DNA of 64,000 nt from Chromatiales bacterium (GTDB taxonomy: Bacteria; Pseudomonadota; Gammaproteobacteria; SZUA-152). A program made the position numbers and the translations under genes. Below, one piece after another: positions 56,198 through 64,000 of the stretch. The notes under the pieces were generated by a model, which was not told where the DNA came from, ran no database searches, and saw only the letters and a list, made by a program, of their open reading frames with translations. Location of the stretch: contig JALSGT010000062.1 in assembly GCA_026982555.1 (NCBI GenBank), positions 2,610 through 66,609 on the forward strand, in the 5' to 3' direction. Every line of letters starts with the position of its first letter. Position 1 is the first letter of the stretch.

Positions 56198-57385
56198 ATG
56201 AATACAGAACACACATGCCCCAGCTGTAACACCGATAATATGCAAGTTTTTTATGAACAAAAATCGGTACCTTCAAATAGTTGCATACTGTTAGACAGTG
56301 AAAAAGCGGCCATTGAATATCCGCGTGGAGACATAGAGCTTTGTTTTTGTCCCGAATGCGGTTTTATGTCCAATATGGCATTCGACGCGAAACTGACCGA
56401 ATATTCCGGGCGCTATGAAGAAACACAGGGCTTTTCAGGCACGTTTAACAAATTTCATCACGCATTGGCGGAGCGACTCGTTGAGCGTTACGACCTGCAT
56501 GACAAGGACGTTCTGGAAATTGGCTGTGGCAAAGGTGAATTTATCACCATGCTGAGCGAGCTGGGAAACAACCGGGGGGTCGGGTTTGATCCCGGCTATC
56601 GTGCTGATCGTAATGCCAGTGAAAGCGCGCAAAAGAATGTCACATTCATTACGGATTTTTATTCAGAAAAATACAGTGATTATCAAGCTGATTTTTTATG
56701 TTGCAAGATGACACTGGAGCATATTCACCCAACCTCCGACTTCATTAATACCGTGCGCCGATCCATTGGTGACCGGGAAGACACCATTGTGTTTTTCCAG
56801 ATACCGGAATCAACACGCATTCTGCGCGATTGTGCATTTGAAGATATTTATTACGAGCATTGCTCCTATTTTTCCCCCGGGTCATTGGCAAGATTGTTTC
56901 GCGCAAAAGGGTTTGATGTAATCAATATCGAAACGGAATACGATGATCAATACCTGACGATTGAAGCCCGGCCAAGTAATGGCAGCCCGCAAAGCGCGGT
57001 GCTTGAACAGGAAAACGATCTTGAATCATTGAAAGAGCTGGTGGCGACCTTTCCTCAACGGCTTAAAGAAAAATTATCCGGGTGGCAAAAAGAACTGGAT
57101 GACCTGCATGCAAATGGCAGTAAGGTGGTGTTGTGGGGATCAGGGTCAAAGGGCGTTTCATTTTTGGCGACGCTGGATGCAGGCGACAACATTGAATACG
57201 TGGTGGACATCAATCCGCACAGACAGGGCTATTACATGTCAGGCACCGGACAGGAAATCGTCTCCCCGGATTTTTTGAAAGAGTATCAGCCGGATGTGGT
57301 GATCGTCATGAATGCCATTTATTGTGATGAAATTGGGGAAGACCTGAAAAAGCTGGGGCTGTCTCCAAAGATCATGGCAGTTTGA
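56198..57385 (+). CDS. Zinc-ribbon SAM-dependent methyltransferase, C-methyltransferase-like (paralogue 2)
   Basis: CPSCN ... CPECG; VLEIGCGKGEF motif I; C-terminal VVLWGSGSKGVSFL. Clearly paralogous to 57414..58616. Confidence 0.75.
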   Translation: MNTEHTCPSCNTDNMQVFYEQKSVPSNSCILLDSEKAAIEYPRGDIELCFCPECGFMSNMAFDAKLTEYSGRYEETQGFSGTFNKFHHALAERLVERYDLHDKDVLEIGCGKGEFITMLSELGNNRGVGFDPGYRADRNASESAQKNVTFITDFYSEKYSDYQADFLCCKMTLEHIHPTSDFINTVRRSIGDREDTIVFFQIPESTRILRDCAFEDIYYEHCSYFSPGSLARLFRAKGFDVINIETEYDDQYLTIEARPSNGSPQSAVLEQENDLESLKELVATFPQRLKEKLSGWQKELDDLHANGSKVVLWGSGSKGVSFLATLDAGDNIEYVVDINPHRQGYYMSGTGQEIVSPDFLKEYQPDVVIVMNAIYCDEIGEDLKKLGLSPKIMAV

Positions 57386-57413
57386 TGGCAATGTCAGCAG
57401 GAGAAGAATAGCA

Positions 57414-58616
57414 ATGGCTGATACACACGAAGAAAAGTGTCCTGTTTGTGACTCATCGAATATCGATGCCTCCATTGATATTCCTGACGTTCCCATTTAT
57501 TGCAATGTGCTCTGGCCTTCGCGCGAGGTGGCTTTGGACGCAGCAAAAGGGGATATCTCGGTAGGTTACTGCCGTGAGTGCGGGCATGTATTCAACACAT
57601 CTTTTGATCCTTCGCTGATGTCTTACACAGAGGATTATGAAAACTCACTTCACTATTCTCCCACTTTTAACGAATATGCAGAGTCTCTTGCATCAAGACT
57701 GCTCGAAAAATATCAGCTCAACAACAAAAGCATCATCGAAATTGGTTGTGGCAAGGGTGACTTCCTTTCCATGCTGTGTGCGAAAGGTGAAAATCGCGGC
57801 TATGGTTTTGATAAAAGCTTTGAAACTGATCGAGTGGCATCAGACACGCACAAGAACATCACGTTTATCCAGGATTTCTACGGCGAAAAATATGCCGATT
57901 ATGATGCCGACCTGATTGTCTGCCGACACGTACTTGAGCATATCCAGCATCCGCAACGTTTCCTTCAAGACATCCGGCAGGTCATTGGTGACCGCACAGA
58001 CACGGTGGTGTATTTTGAAGTGCCCAATGCGTTATACACACTGAAAGACATGGGTATCTGGGATCTTATTTATGAGCACTGCGGATACTTTAATGTTAAC
58101 TCGTTATCCCGGGCATTTGAACTTGCCGGGTTTGACGTTTGTGAAACGGGCGAATCTTTTGGCGGGCAATTTATTTACCTGGAAGCAAAGCCGCGTACCC
58201 GTGAAAATACGGTAGATAAAAACAGTACGATAGCACTGCAAAAACGGGAGCTGGAAGACCTGGCTACCTGCGTGACGGCATTTGAAAGTAACTATAAGGC
58301 CAAAGTGGACGGGTGGCGTAAAAAACTGGACGCACTGCAAAAGAATAACGAAAGCGCAGTGATCTGGGGCGGAGGATCAAAAGGCATTACGTTCCTGAAT
58401 GTCTTGCAGACGGAACAGGTCATTGCTCATATTGTAGACCTGAACCCCCATAAACAGGGATTGTTTGCGCCGGGAACAGGACAGGAAGTCATCGGGCCGG
58501 AAGCCTTGAAAGCATTGCGTCCGGAACATGTCATCATCATGAATGGTATTTATCAGGATGAAATTACGGGCATGCTGGCTGATCTTGGAATTACCGCAGA
58601 AATCAGTTGTGTTTGA
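57414..58616 (+). CDS. Zinc-ribbon SAM-dependent methyltransferase, C-methyltransferase-like (paralogue 3)
   Basis: CPVCD ... CRECG; IIEIGCGKGDF motif I; C-terminal AVIWGGGSKGITFL. Confidence 0.75.
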   Translation: MADTHEEKCPVCDSSNIDASIDIPDVPIYCNVLWPSREVALDAAKGDISVGYCRECGHVFNTSFDPSLMSYTEDYENSLHYSPTFNEYAESLASRLLEKYQLNNKSIIEIGCGKGDFLSMLCAKGENRGYGFDKSFETDRVASDTHKNITFIQDFYGEKYADYDADLIVCRHVLEHIQHPQRFLQDIRQVIGDRTDTVVYFEVPNALYTLKDMGIWDLIYEHCGYFNVNSLSRAFELAGFDVCETGESFGGQFIYLEAKPRTRENTVDKNSTIALQKRELEDLATCVTAFESNYKAKVDGWRKKLDALQKNNESAVIWGGGSKGITFLNVLQTEQVIAHIVDLNPHKQGLFAPGTGQEVIGPEALKALRPEHVIIMNGIYQDEITGMLADLGITAEISCV

Positions 58617-58619
58617 CCG

Positions 58620-59822
58620 GTGAAAAAAACAGACCTGCTTGTGATCGGTGGGGGCGTCATCGGTCTTAATATTGCCCTGGCCTTCCAGCGCCGCTATCCC
58701 CGACAAAAAGTGGTTTTGCTGGAAAAAGAAACACAGTTTGGTGCGCATGCCAGTGGCAGAAACAGTGGCGTATTGCACGCGGGCTTTTATTATACGGCAG
58801 ACAGCTTAAAAGCTCGTTTTACCCGGGAAGGAAACAAGCTGTTAACCGAGTATTGCGTGGAAAGAGGCTTGCGAATCAATCGCTGCGGTAAGCTGGTTGT
58901 CACACAAAATGAAGCAGAATTGGAAACGCTGGATGTGTTGTTGCAACGGGGGAAAGCCGGTGGAATAACGGTGCATGAACTCACCGAGCGTGAGGCCCAT
59001 GACATTGAACCCCGGGCAAAAACCTATCAAAGAGCACTTTTTTCACCCACAACCTCATCGGTTGATCCACTGGAAGTAGTGGAATCCATGGTGCAAGACG
59101 CAAAAGATATCGGTATTGAAATCCTTACCGGAACCGCCTATCTGGGACGAAAGGGGCAGGAAATTCGTACCACTCAGGGGAAAATTCTGGCGGGTTATGT
59201 CATTAATGCCGCTGGCTTATACGCGGACAAAGTTGCGCAGGATTTTGGGTTTTCGGAACACTACAGAATTATTCCTTTCAAGGGGCTTTATCTTTACAGT
59301 GATGAACCAGTTGGTTCGCTGCGCACGCATATCTACCCGGTTCCGGATCTTCGCAATCCTTTTTTGGGCGTACATTTCACCTTGACAGCGGATGGCCATG
59401 TGAAAGTAGGGCCAACAGCAATCCCGGCTTTTTGGCGGGAACATTATAATGGGTTTGAAAACTTCAGCGCATCAGAGGTTTTTGAAATTACGATGCGCGA
59501 ACTGGGCTTGATGCTGAACAACGATTTTGGTTTTCGCAAACTCGCTGTCACCGAAATGTCAAAATATTACAGACCGCGTATGGTGAAGCTGGCGTCCAAT
59601 CTTTTATCCGGTATGGATAAAAAAGCATACCGTCGGTGGGGGCGGCCCGGTATTCGTGCCCAGCTATTTGATTTGCGCAACAGGCGTTTAGAGCAGGATT
59701 TTTGTTTTGAAGGTGATCAGAACTCCTTTCACGTATTAAATGCTGTATCGCCTGCCTTTACCTGTTCGATTCCTTTTTGTGAATATCTGATTGATCAGGT
59801 TGCAATAAGTCGTTCACAATAA
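58620..59822 (+). CDS. FAD-dependent oxidoreductase, L-2-hydroxyglutarate oxidase (LhgO)-like DAO family
   Basis: GTG start. DLLVIGGGVIGLNIAL dinucleotide-binding motif, SGRNSGVLHAGFYY, and a C-terminal FHVLNAVSPAFTCS typical of LhgO-like proteins. Confidence 0.78.
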   Translation: MKKTDLLVIGGGVIGLNIALAFQRRYPRQKVVLLEKETQFGAHASGRNSGVLHAGFYYTADSLKARFTREGNKLLTEYCVERGLRINRCGKLVVTQNEAELETLDVLLQRGKAGGITVHELTEREAHDIEPRAKTYQRALFSPTTSSVDPLEVVESMVQDAKDIGIEILTGTAYLGRKGQEIRTTQGKILAGYVINAAGLYADKVAQDFGFSEHYRIIPFKGLYLYSDEPVGSLRTHIYPVPDLRNPFLGVHFTLTADGHVKVGPTAIPAFWREHYNGFENFSASEVFEITMRELGLMLNNDFGFRKLAVTEMSKYYRPRMVKLASNLLSGMDKKAYRRWGRPGIRAQLFDLRNRRLEQDFCFEGDQNSFHVLNAVSPAFTCSIPFCEYLIDQVAISRSQ

Positions 59823-59848
59823 CGGTATTTAGCCTCTTTAATTAGCCT

Positions 59849-60928
59849 TCAAAAGAATTGACGGACAATCAGATTTGCCGCCTGTTCAATGCCATCCGGG
59901 CGGGGTGGTGTGGGGGCTTTGCTTATGCATAATGTTTCAATGATGTTTACAATATTACCGGTTGCAAAATCATCCGGTTGTATTTCGATGCAGCGTCCAT
60001 GCAGTTTCAGCCAGTCAGTCAGGCAATCAACTTCCGGCCAGTTTTTTCGTTGCAAATACAATACCGGAATACCCAAGCAGGCGGCCTCCACAAAACTGCC
60101 GTATCCGGGTTTGGTGATCAGTGCATCACATGAAGCCAACACGTCAGCAAAGGGCATGTTGAGGCTTTCCAGGTCGAGGGTATCCGGGTGTTGTGAGTGC
60201 CAGGCTGTGGGTACGATAAAACGCACTCCGGGTTGTCGGGGCCAACTGTGGACAGGCAGATGTAAATCCATGCCGCCCAGTGAAAGCATGACGAGGCGTT
60301 GCCCCGGATGCAGACCGATCTGGCTGGCGATTTCAGTTTTCCGGTTTTCCCCAAGCTGTGCAACCGGACCGATGACTTGTGTGTTGTGTAAATCAGGCAT
60401 CGACATGGACGGTGTGAGCTGCAAAAAAACATGGGCACCCTGGTAAGCCGCCAAAATCTGTTGGAAAATGGTGTCTGCTTCTGGCCTGACATTGAGAAAA
60501 TAATGTTTATAAATATCGGCCCAGTTCAAAGAGCACATGGCAATGGACGGTATGTTGGCGCGTTTTGCGCCTGCCAGTGCGAGGTAGGGGACATTGGCCA
60601 GCAGCAGATCCGCATCAAGTGCGGATAGCTGTGAGGCTTCCGCAGAAACCTTGTCTTCCCAGTGTGTGTGAAAATCACGATAGGCTTCGGCGCTTTCATT
60701 TTCTGACACTTGCAAGGCACTTGCTTGTATCATTCCGATGTCTGTGTTGGTGGGCTGTATGTCGATATTCTGGCCGAACCGTTCAAGTAGTTTGTCTTTG
60801 GGCGCATTGCTGCGAATGGTCACGCGGAGGTTGGGTAATCGCTTTTGTAAAGCTCGAACGATAGGAGCCGTTTGGCCGATATGGCCAAAGCCGTGGGAAG
60901 ACAAAGCGACAACAAGGTGGCGGGTCAT
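59849..60928 (-). CDS. GT-B fold glycosyltransferase (GT1/GT28-like)
   Basis: N-terminal ALSSHGFGHIGQTAPIVRAL and C-terminal CDALITKPGYGSFVEAACLGIPVLYL resemble the MGT/Glyco_tran_28_C pattern. Confidence 0.55.
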   Translation of the reverse strand: MTRHLVVALSSHGFGHIGQTAPIVRALQKRLPNLRVTIRSNAPKDKLLERFGQNIDIQPTNTDIGMIQASALQVSENESAEAYRDFHTHWEDKVSAEASQLSALDADLLLANVPYLALAGAKRANIPSIAMCSLNWADIYKHYFLNVRPEADTIFQQILAAYQGAHVFLQLTPSMSMPDLHNTQVIGPVAQLGENRKTEIASQIGLHPGQRLVMLSLGGMDLHLPVHSWPRQPGVRFIVPTAWHSQHPDTLDLESLNMPFADVLASCDALITKPGYGSFVEAACLGIPVLYLQRKNWPEVDCLTDWLKLHGRCIEIQPDDFATGNIVNIIETLCISKAPTPPRPDGIEQAANLIVRQFF

Positions 60929-60952
60929 GATTTTGGCCGGTTAATATTTAAA

Positions 60953-61185
60953 CCTAAATCCAGCAGTTGATCGCTTAGAGGATGTAATGACACATTGATA
61001 AGCATTATATTTTGAGTTTTTGTTGGGTTCACTGGTTGGGTGGGTTGCTATGGTCGGTATAGCACGTTGCCTTTTGCGTCTGGCCGCGTTGCGAATCGAC
61101 GCAATAGCGGGCTATTACTTCTCTAGCATCTTGTCAGCCACAACATTCAACGTACTCTACCGGCCATTCCGTCGCAGATTTTAGG
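60953..61185. mobile_element. MITE-like element, copy C (233 bp, most diverged)
   Basis: TIRs CCTAAATCCAGCAGTTGA ... CCGTCGCAGATTTTAGG flanked by the direct repeat TTAAA (60948-60952 and 61186-61190). It lies between a divergent GT gene and a protease gene. Confidence 0.7.
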
Positions 61186-61321
61186 TTAAATGCGAATATG
61201 ATGGGGCAATCATGTTCTGCTTGGTGTTTTCGGTCAACGTGTTTGTGAAATGGAGGTTGTTGTGAAAGAAAAAAAGGATGCTTTTGAAGGTGATCGTTTG
61301 GCATTCCGGTGCCCTTCGAGA

Positions 61322-62077
61322 ATGTTGTTTTTGATTTTTTTCATAGCTTGTCTGGTAGGGGGGAGCGCCAGTCATGCCAGTGAAATGATTGCTACCATCG
61401 CGAAGGTAAAGAAAAGTGTTGTGGGTGTGGGTACACTGATGCCAACACGCAGTCCGCGGGCCAGTCTGTTTGGAACAGGATTCATTGTTGCCGATGGGAA
61501 TCATGTTTTGACCAATGCTCATGTGGTGTCTCGGGAGCTTGATTTTCAAGGTAAAGAATCATTGGTGGTTTTTATTGGGCATGGAATGAGTCCGGAGGCG
61601 CGTGTTGCGAGCATTGCACAACTTGATAAAGAGCATGATTTGGCGTTGCTCAAAATCTCTGGCCCGCCATTAACGCCGCTTTTGTTAGGTGACTCGGGTA
61701 CTGTACAAGAAGGTCAGGGAATCGCATTTACGGGCTATCCTATTGGTGCGGTACTAGGCCTGTTTCCAGTGACACACCGTGGGATTATTTCTGCTATTAC
61801 ACCCATTGCCATACCGTTGGACAGCGGGCGGCAACTTACCCCGAGCCTGATAAAGCGTTTGCGCGCACGCTATGATGTATTTCAATTGGATGCGACAGCC
61901 TACCCGGGTAATAGTGGTAGTCCGTTGTATAATCCTGCCACGGGAGAGGTTATTGGGATTCTGAATATGGTTTTTGTAAAAGAATCCAGGGAGACGGTGC
62001 TACAGAAACCGAGTGGGATCGCCTATGCGATCCCCAGTCGCTATGCGGTTGATCTTATTGATAAACTTAATGATTAG
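61322..62077 (+). CDS. Secreted trypsin-like (S1/S1C) serine protease without a PDZ domain
   Basis: Signal MLFLIFFIACLVGGSASHA. Catalytic triad contexts TNAHVV (His), DLALLKI (Asp) and GNSGSPL (Ser). An upstream alternative start lies at 61250. Confidence 0.85.
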   Translation: MLFLIFFIACLVGGSASHASEMIATIAKVKKSVVGVGTLMPTRSPRASLFGTGFIVADGNHVLTNAHVVSRELDFQGKESLVVFIGHGMSPEARVASIAQLDKEHDLALLKISGPPLTPLLLGDSGTVQEGQGIAFTGYPIGAVLGLFPVTHRGIISAITPIAIPLDSGRQLTPSLIKRLRARYDVFQLDATAYPGNSGSPLYNPATGEVIGILNMVFVKESRETVLQKPSGIAYAIPSRYAVDLIDKLND

Positions 62078-62215
62078 TCAGCTGTAGATATTCATTTGCA
62101 CATTGCTTAAAACTATGTAAGGTGTTGATATTATTTTGAATATTTATCATGAGCGCGGCTTTGTGTACAATAGGGGCAACGATAACCGATGGAATTGAAG
62201 TAACGCCAAAATACT

Positions 62216-62467
62216 ATGTTTGATCACGTAAAAACCGTATTGGGTGAGGCCCTGCAAATCGAAGAACGTACCTCGGAAATGACGGGGGGCACGCTTTTGT
62301 TGGGTAATCTTCCTGAGCTGGATTCTATGGCGGTGGTCACCGTATTAACTGCACTGGAAGACAATTTTGGCTTTGTAATCGATGACGATGACTTGGTGTC
62401 TGACGCTTTTTTAACGCTTGGCAGCTTGGTGAACTTTGTCGAAGATAAAACCCGTCGGTGCGCCTGA
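62216..62467 (+). CDS. Acyl carrier protein-like (phosphopantetheine attachment site)
   Basis: 83 aa and acidic. LPELDSMAVVTVLTALEDNFG contains the DSx Ser attachment motif at the start of helix 2. Confidence 0.72.
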   Translation: MFDHVKTVLGEALQIEERTSEMTGGTLLLGNLPELDSMAVVTVLTALEDNFGFVIDDDDLVSDAFLTLGSLVNFVEDKTRRCA

Positions 62468-62627
62468 AAGCACTGGCTGTTGACTCAAGGTGTAAAGGGT
62501 TTGGTGTCTACATGTTGCTGTGTCATGGCGATTAGAATGAAGCTCATACGAGTCGGGAGTTAATACCGCTCTTTATCGCGGTTTAATGGCTTGGGGTTTA
62601 ATTCCCCACAGCGTGCTGTGATACCGT

Positions 62628-62721
62628 CATTCCGGCCTGTTTTTAGCCGGAATCCATAGATTGCCTAAAAGCGCCCACTTTTGGTGAACTCCCGTCACTC
62701 CGGGCCTTCGCCGGAGTGACG
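62628..62721. repeat. Cluster of REP-like hairpins
   Basis: cattccggc-ctgttttta-gccggaatc (62628-62655) and cgtcactccgg-gccttcg-ccggagtgacg (62693-62721), in a 420-bp non-coding stretch. Confidence 0.45.
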
Positions 62722-62846
62722 TGATGGTATTGATACTCCGCTTTTGTGTAGCAAAAGTCGAGCGTTAGCGAGATAGCTTGCTGCGGGGTAGTTTATTTTT
62801 TACACTTTGGCCGCAACGAAAAAAAATCAAAACAATCCCACAAAAA

Positions 62847-62881
62847 CACCGTTCCCCACATATGGGAAACGGTGTTTTTTT
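62847..62881. terminator. Bidirectional rho-independent terminator
   Basis: caccgttcccca-cat(a)-tgggaaacggtg followed by T7 on the + strand and by a T-rich tract on the - strand. It lies 6 nt downstream of the stop of the minus-strand gene 62887..63090. Confidence 0.75.
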
Positions 62882-62886
62882 ATGCG

Positions 62887-63090
62887 CTAGCTAAAAGCCT
62901 GTCCTGGCTTTGCTCTCGTTTTTTTCAGAATGGAAGCCAGTGGACAAAACCCGGTAAATGCCGATTGGAACATATTGATGCCTACAAAGGCGGTCAACCA
63001 TAGCCAGTTGGCAGAATGCAGCTGTGACAATGCAAGACTGCTTATGATAACAATGCCTGCAAAAGCAAAAATAATTTTATCGATGTTCAT
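62887..63090 (-). CDS. Small inner-membrane protein, DUF2892/YgaP-C-like
   Basis: [22 protein letters not shown] ... [29 protein letters not shown] (two TM segments, FTGFCP motif). I prefer the ATG at 63090 because GGAG lies 8 nt upstream. Confidence 0.6.
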   Translation of the reverse strand: MNIDKIIFAFAGIVIISSLALSQLHSANWLWLTAFVGINMFQSAFTGFCPLASILKKTRAKPGQAFS

Positions 63091-63347
63091 AATATGCTCC
63101 AAGGGCATCTTTGTGCTGTATAGTTAATTAGAATATTAGCATAATCTAATTGATATGACGACACCAAGGGGGAAGTTTTTCAGGACCGGGGGCACAGTCA
63201 AAGATTCCTCGTTGCTTGCCGATAGTGGAAGTAAATTCTCACGGTTTTTGTGATGTGTGGGTATGCTATTTATAACTTACTGTATTTTCTATAAATAATG
63301 AAGTTTTTGAAGCTAGGAATACGTAAGCATATGATGAAGGATCTATT

Positions 63348-64000
63348 TTGACAGGAAGCCCAGTGGTAAATGGCAGGGATCGACGTGCTTATGAGCGCTA
63401 CCCGGTTAATCTGCGTGCAAAAGTCAATTCTCAGGGAGCGGTAGCACGGGAGTGTGTGGTACGGGATTTTTGCGTTGGGGGCATGTATCTGGTATTCGAG
63501 TATGCAGTAGAGGGTGCCAATGTGGCGCATCTGTACTCACCGGTAAAAAATGCCCAGGTTGCCATTGAGTGTTCAGTGCCGGGCGGTGAAACCCCCCGTC
63601 TTTTGACGCTTTCCGCACAGGTGGTGCGCAAACAGGGGGATGGGTTTGCCCTGCGTTTTATCAATCCTGACTTGGGCGCATTACAAACACTTCTGGATTA
63701 TGCCAAGTCTTTGCGCAAAAAGAATGATGAGCAATGCGCAGAAGAACATTGTCTGGTGTCGCTGAACAGCGAAATATTTAATGGCAAAAGTGCGCGGGAA
63801 ATCATCGAGCACTGTAACCGGATGGTCAATGACACGGCGGGTCATCTGGTGGCTCGGTTTCATGAAGATGTTGTGGATTATCTGATTGAGGTATCTAAGG
63901 CATCACTCGATATTGCTGAGCAAAATACTTATTTTGATGCTTTGAAAGTGCTGAATAATGCCAAAGATACATTGGGTAAGCATTTTCTTGTAGCACTTGA
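63348..64000 (+). CDS. PilZ-domain protein, 3' end truncated by the window edge (not in the supplied ORF track)
   Basis: The frame is open from the stop at 63324-63326 to the window end. TTG at 63348 has AAGGA 6 nt upstream (alternative GTG at 63363). N-terminal DRRAYERYPV ... VVRDFCVGGMYL ... GDGFALRF matches the PilZ RxxxR / (D/N)xSxxG pattern. Confidence 0.6.
   Translation, partial: MTGSPVVNGRDRRAYERYPVNLRAKVNSQGAVARECVVRDFCVGGMYLVFEYAVEGANVAHLYSPVKNAQVAIECSVPGGETPRLLTLSAQVVRKQGDGFALRFINPDLGALQTLLDYAKSLRKKNDEQCAEEHCLVSLNSEIFNGKSAREIIEHCNRMVNDTAGHLVARFHEDVVDYLIEVSKASLDIAEQNTYFDALKVLNNAKDTLGKHFLVAL

Noticed and set aside
1-64000. A search for tRNA, rRNA, tmRNA, integrase, transposase, phage or toxin-antitoxin genes, and for known anti-phage systems other than the R-M pair.
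   Set aside because: I recognised none in any intergenic region or ORF translation. The ABC_ATPase-family and AddA-like proteins have housekeeping-type architectures and no defence-island context beyond what is already reported.

Overview
This 64-kb window looks like a proteobacterial chromosome segment, probably gamma- or betaproteobacterial, though I cannot resolve the taxon from sequence alone. Cell-envelope glycan genes dominate it.

(1) 1-28.6 kb is an exosortase A (XrtA with a fused EpsI domain) PEP-CTERM-type exopolysaccharide locus. It holds a PLP decarboxylase, at least six GT-B glycosyltransferases, two AsnB-type amidotransferases, a PaaK/CapK-like adenylating enzyme and a heparinase II/III-like protein. 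It also has a Wzy/O-antigen-ligase-like protein, a SAM methyltransferase, a NodB deacetylase, an ATP-grasp enzyme and an MBOAT O-acyltransferase with a periplasmic partner. A visibly AT-rich type II restriction-modification cassette (Dcm-type m5C methyltransferase plus a PD-(D/E)XK endonuclease candidate) interrupts the locus at 7.3-9.7 kb.

(2) 29-37.6 kb holds miscellaneous genes: a PDZ protein, an ABC_ATPase-family protein, a UMF1-type MFS transporter, a lone receiver-domain response regulator, and an AddA-like helicase-nuclease with no adjacent AddB.

(3) 38.4-49.6 kb follows an 800-bp AT-rich non-coding region and is a surface-protein cluster. It encodes a 720-aa Gly/Asp-rich repeat lipoprotein, a secreted STN-like/coiled-coil protein, a glycosyltransferase, and a 2102-aa secreted protein built from ConA-like lectin and FN3 modules. 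The 3' part of that gene is a roughly 1.15-kb tandem repeat that is near-identical at the DNA level.

(4) 49.7-60.9 kb is a second glycan cassette: Wzx-like flippase, GT2, RfbF, an extended SDR, three tandem zinc-ribbon C-methyltransferase-like paralogues, an LhgO-like flavoenzyme and a GT.

(5) 61-64 kb holds an S1 protease, an orphan ACP, a DUF2892-like small membrane protein and a 3'-truncated PilZ-domain ORF that is not in the supplied ORF track.

Non-coding structure includes a MITE-like family (three full copies, each with about 18-22 bp terminal inverted repeats and 5-bp target duplications), a second REP-like family built from CGCAAAG iterations, and several strong hairpins and terminators. 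I saw no rRNA, tRNA, CRISPR array, transposase or integrase. All family assignments rest on motif recognition by eye and need HMM or BLAST confirmation.
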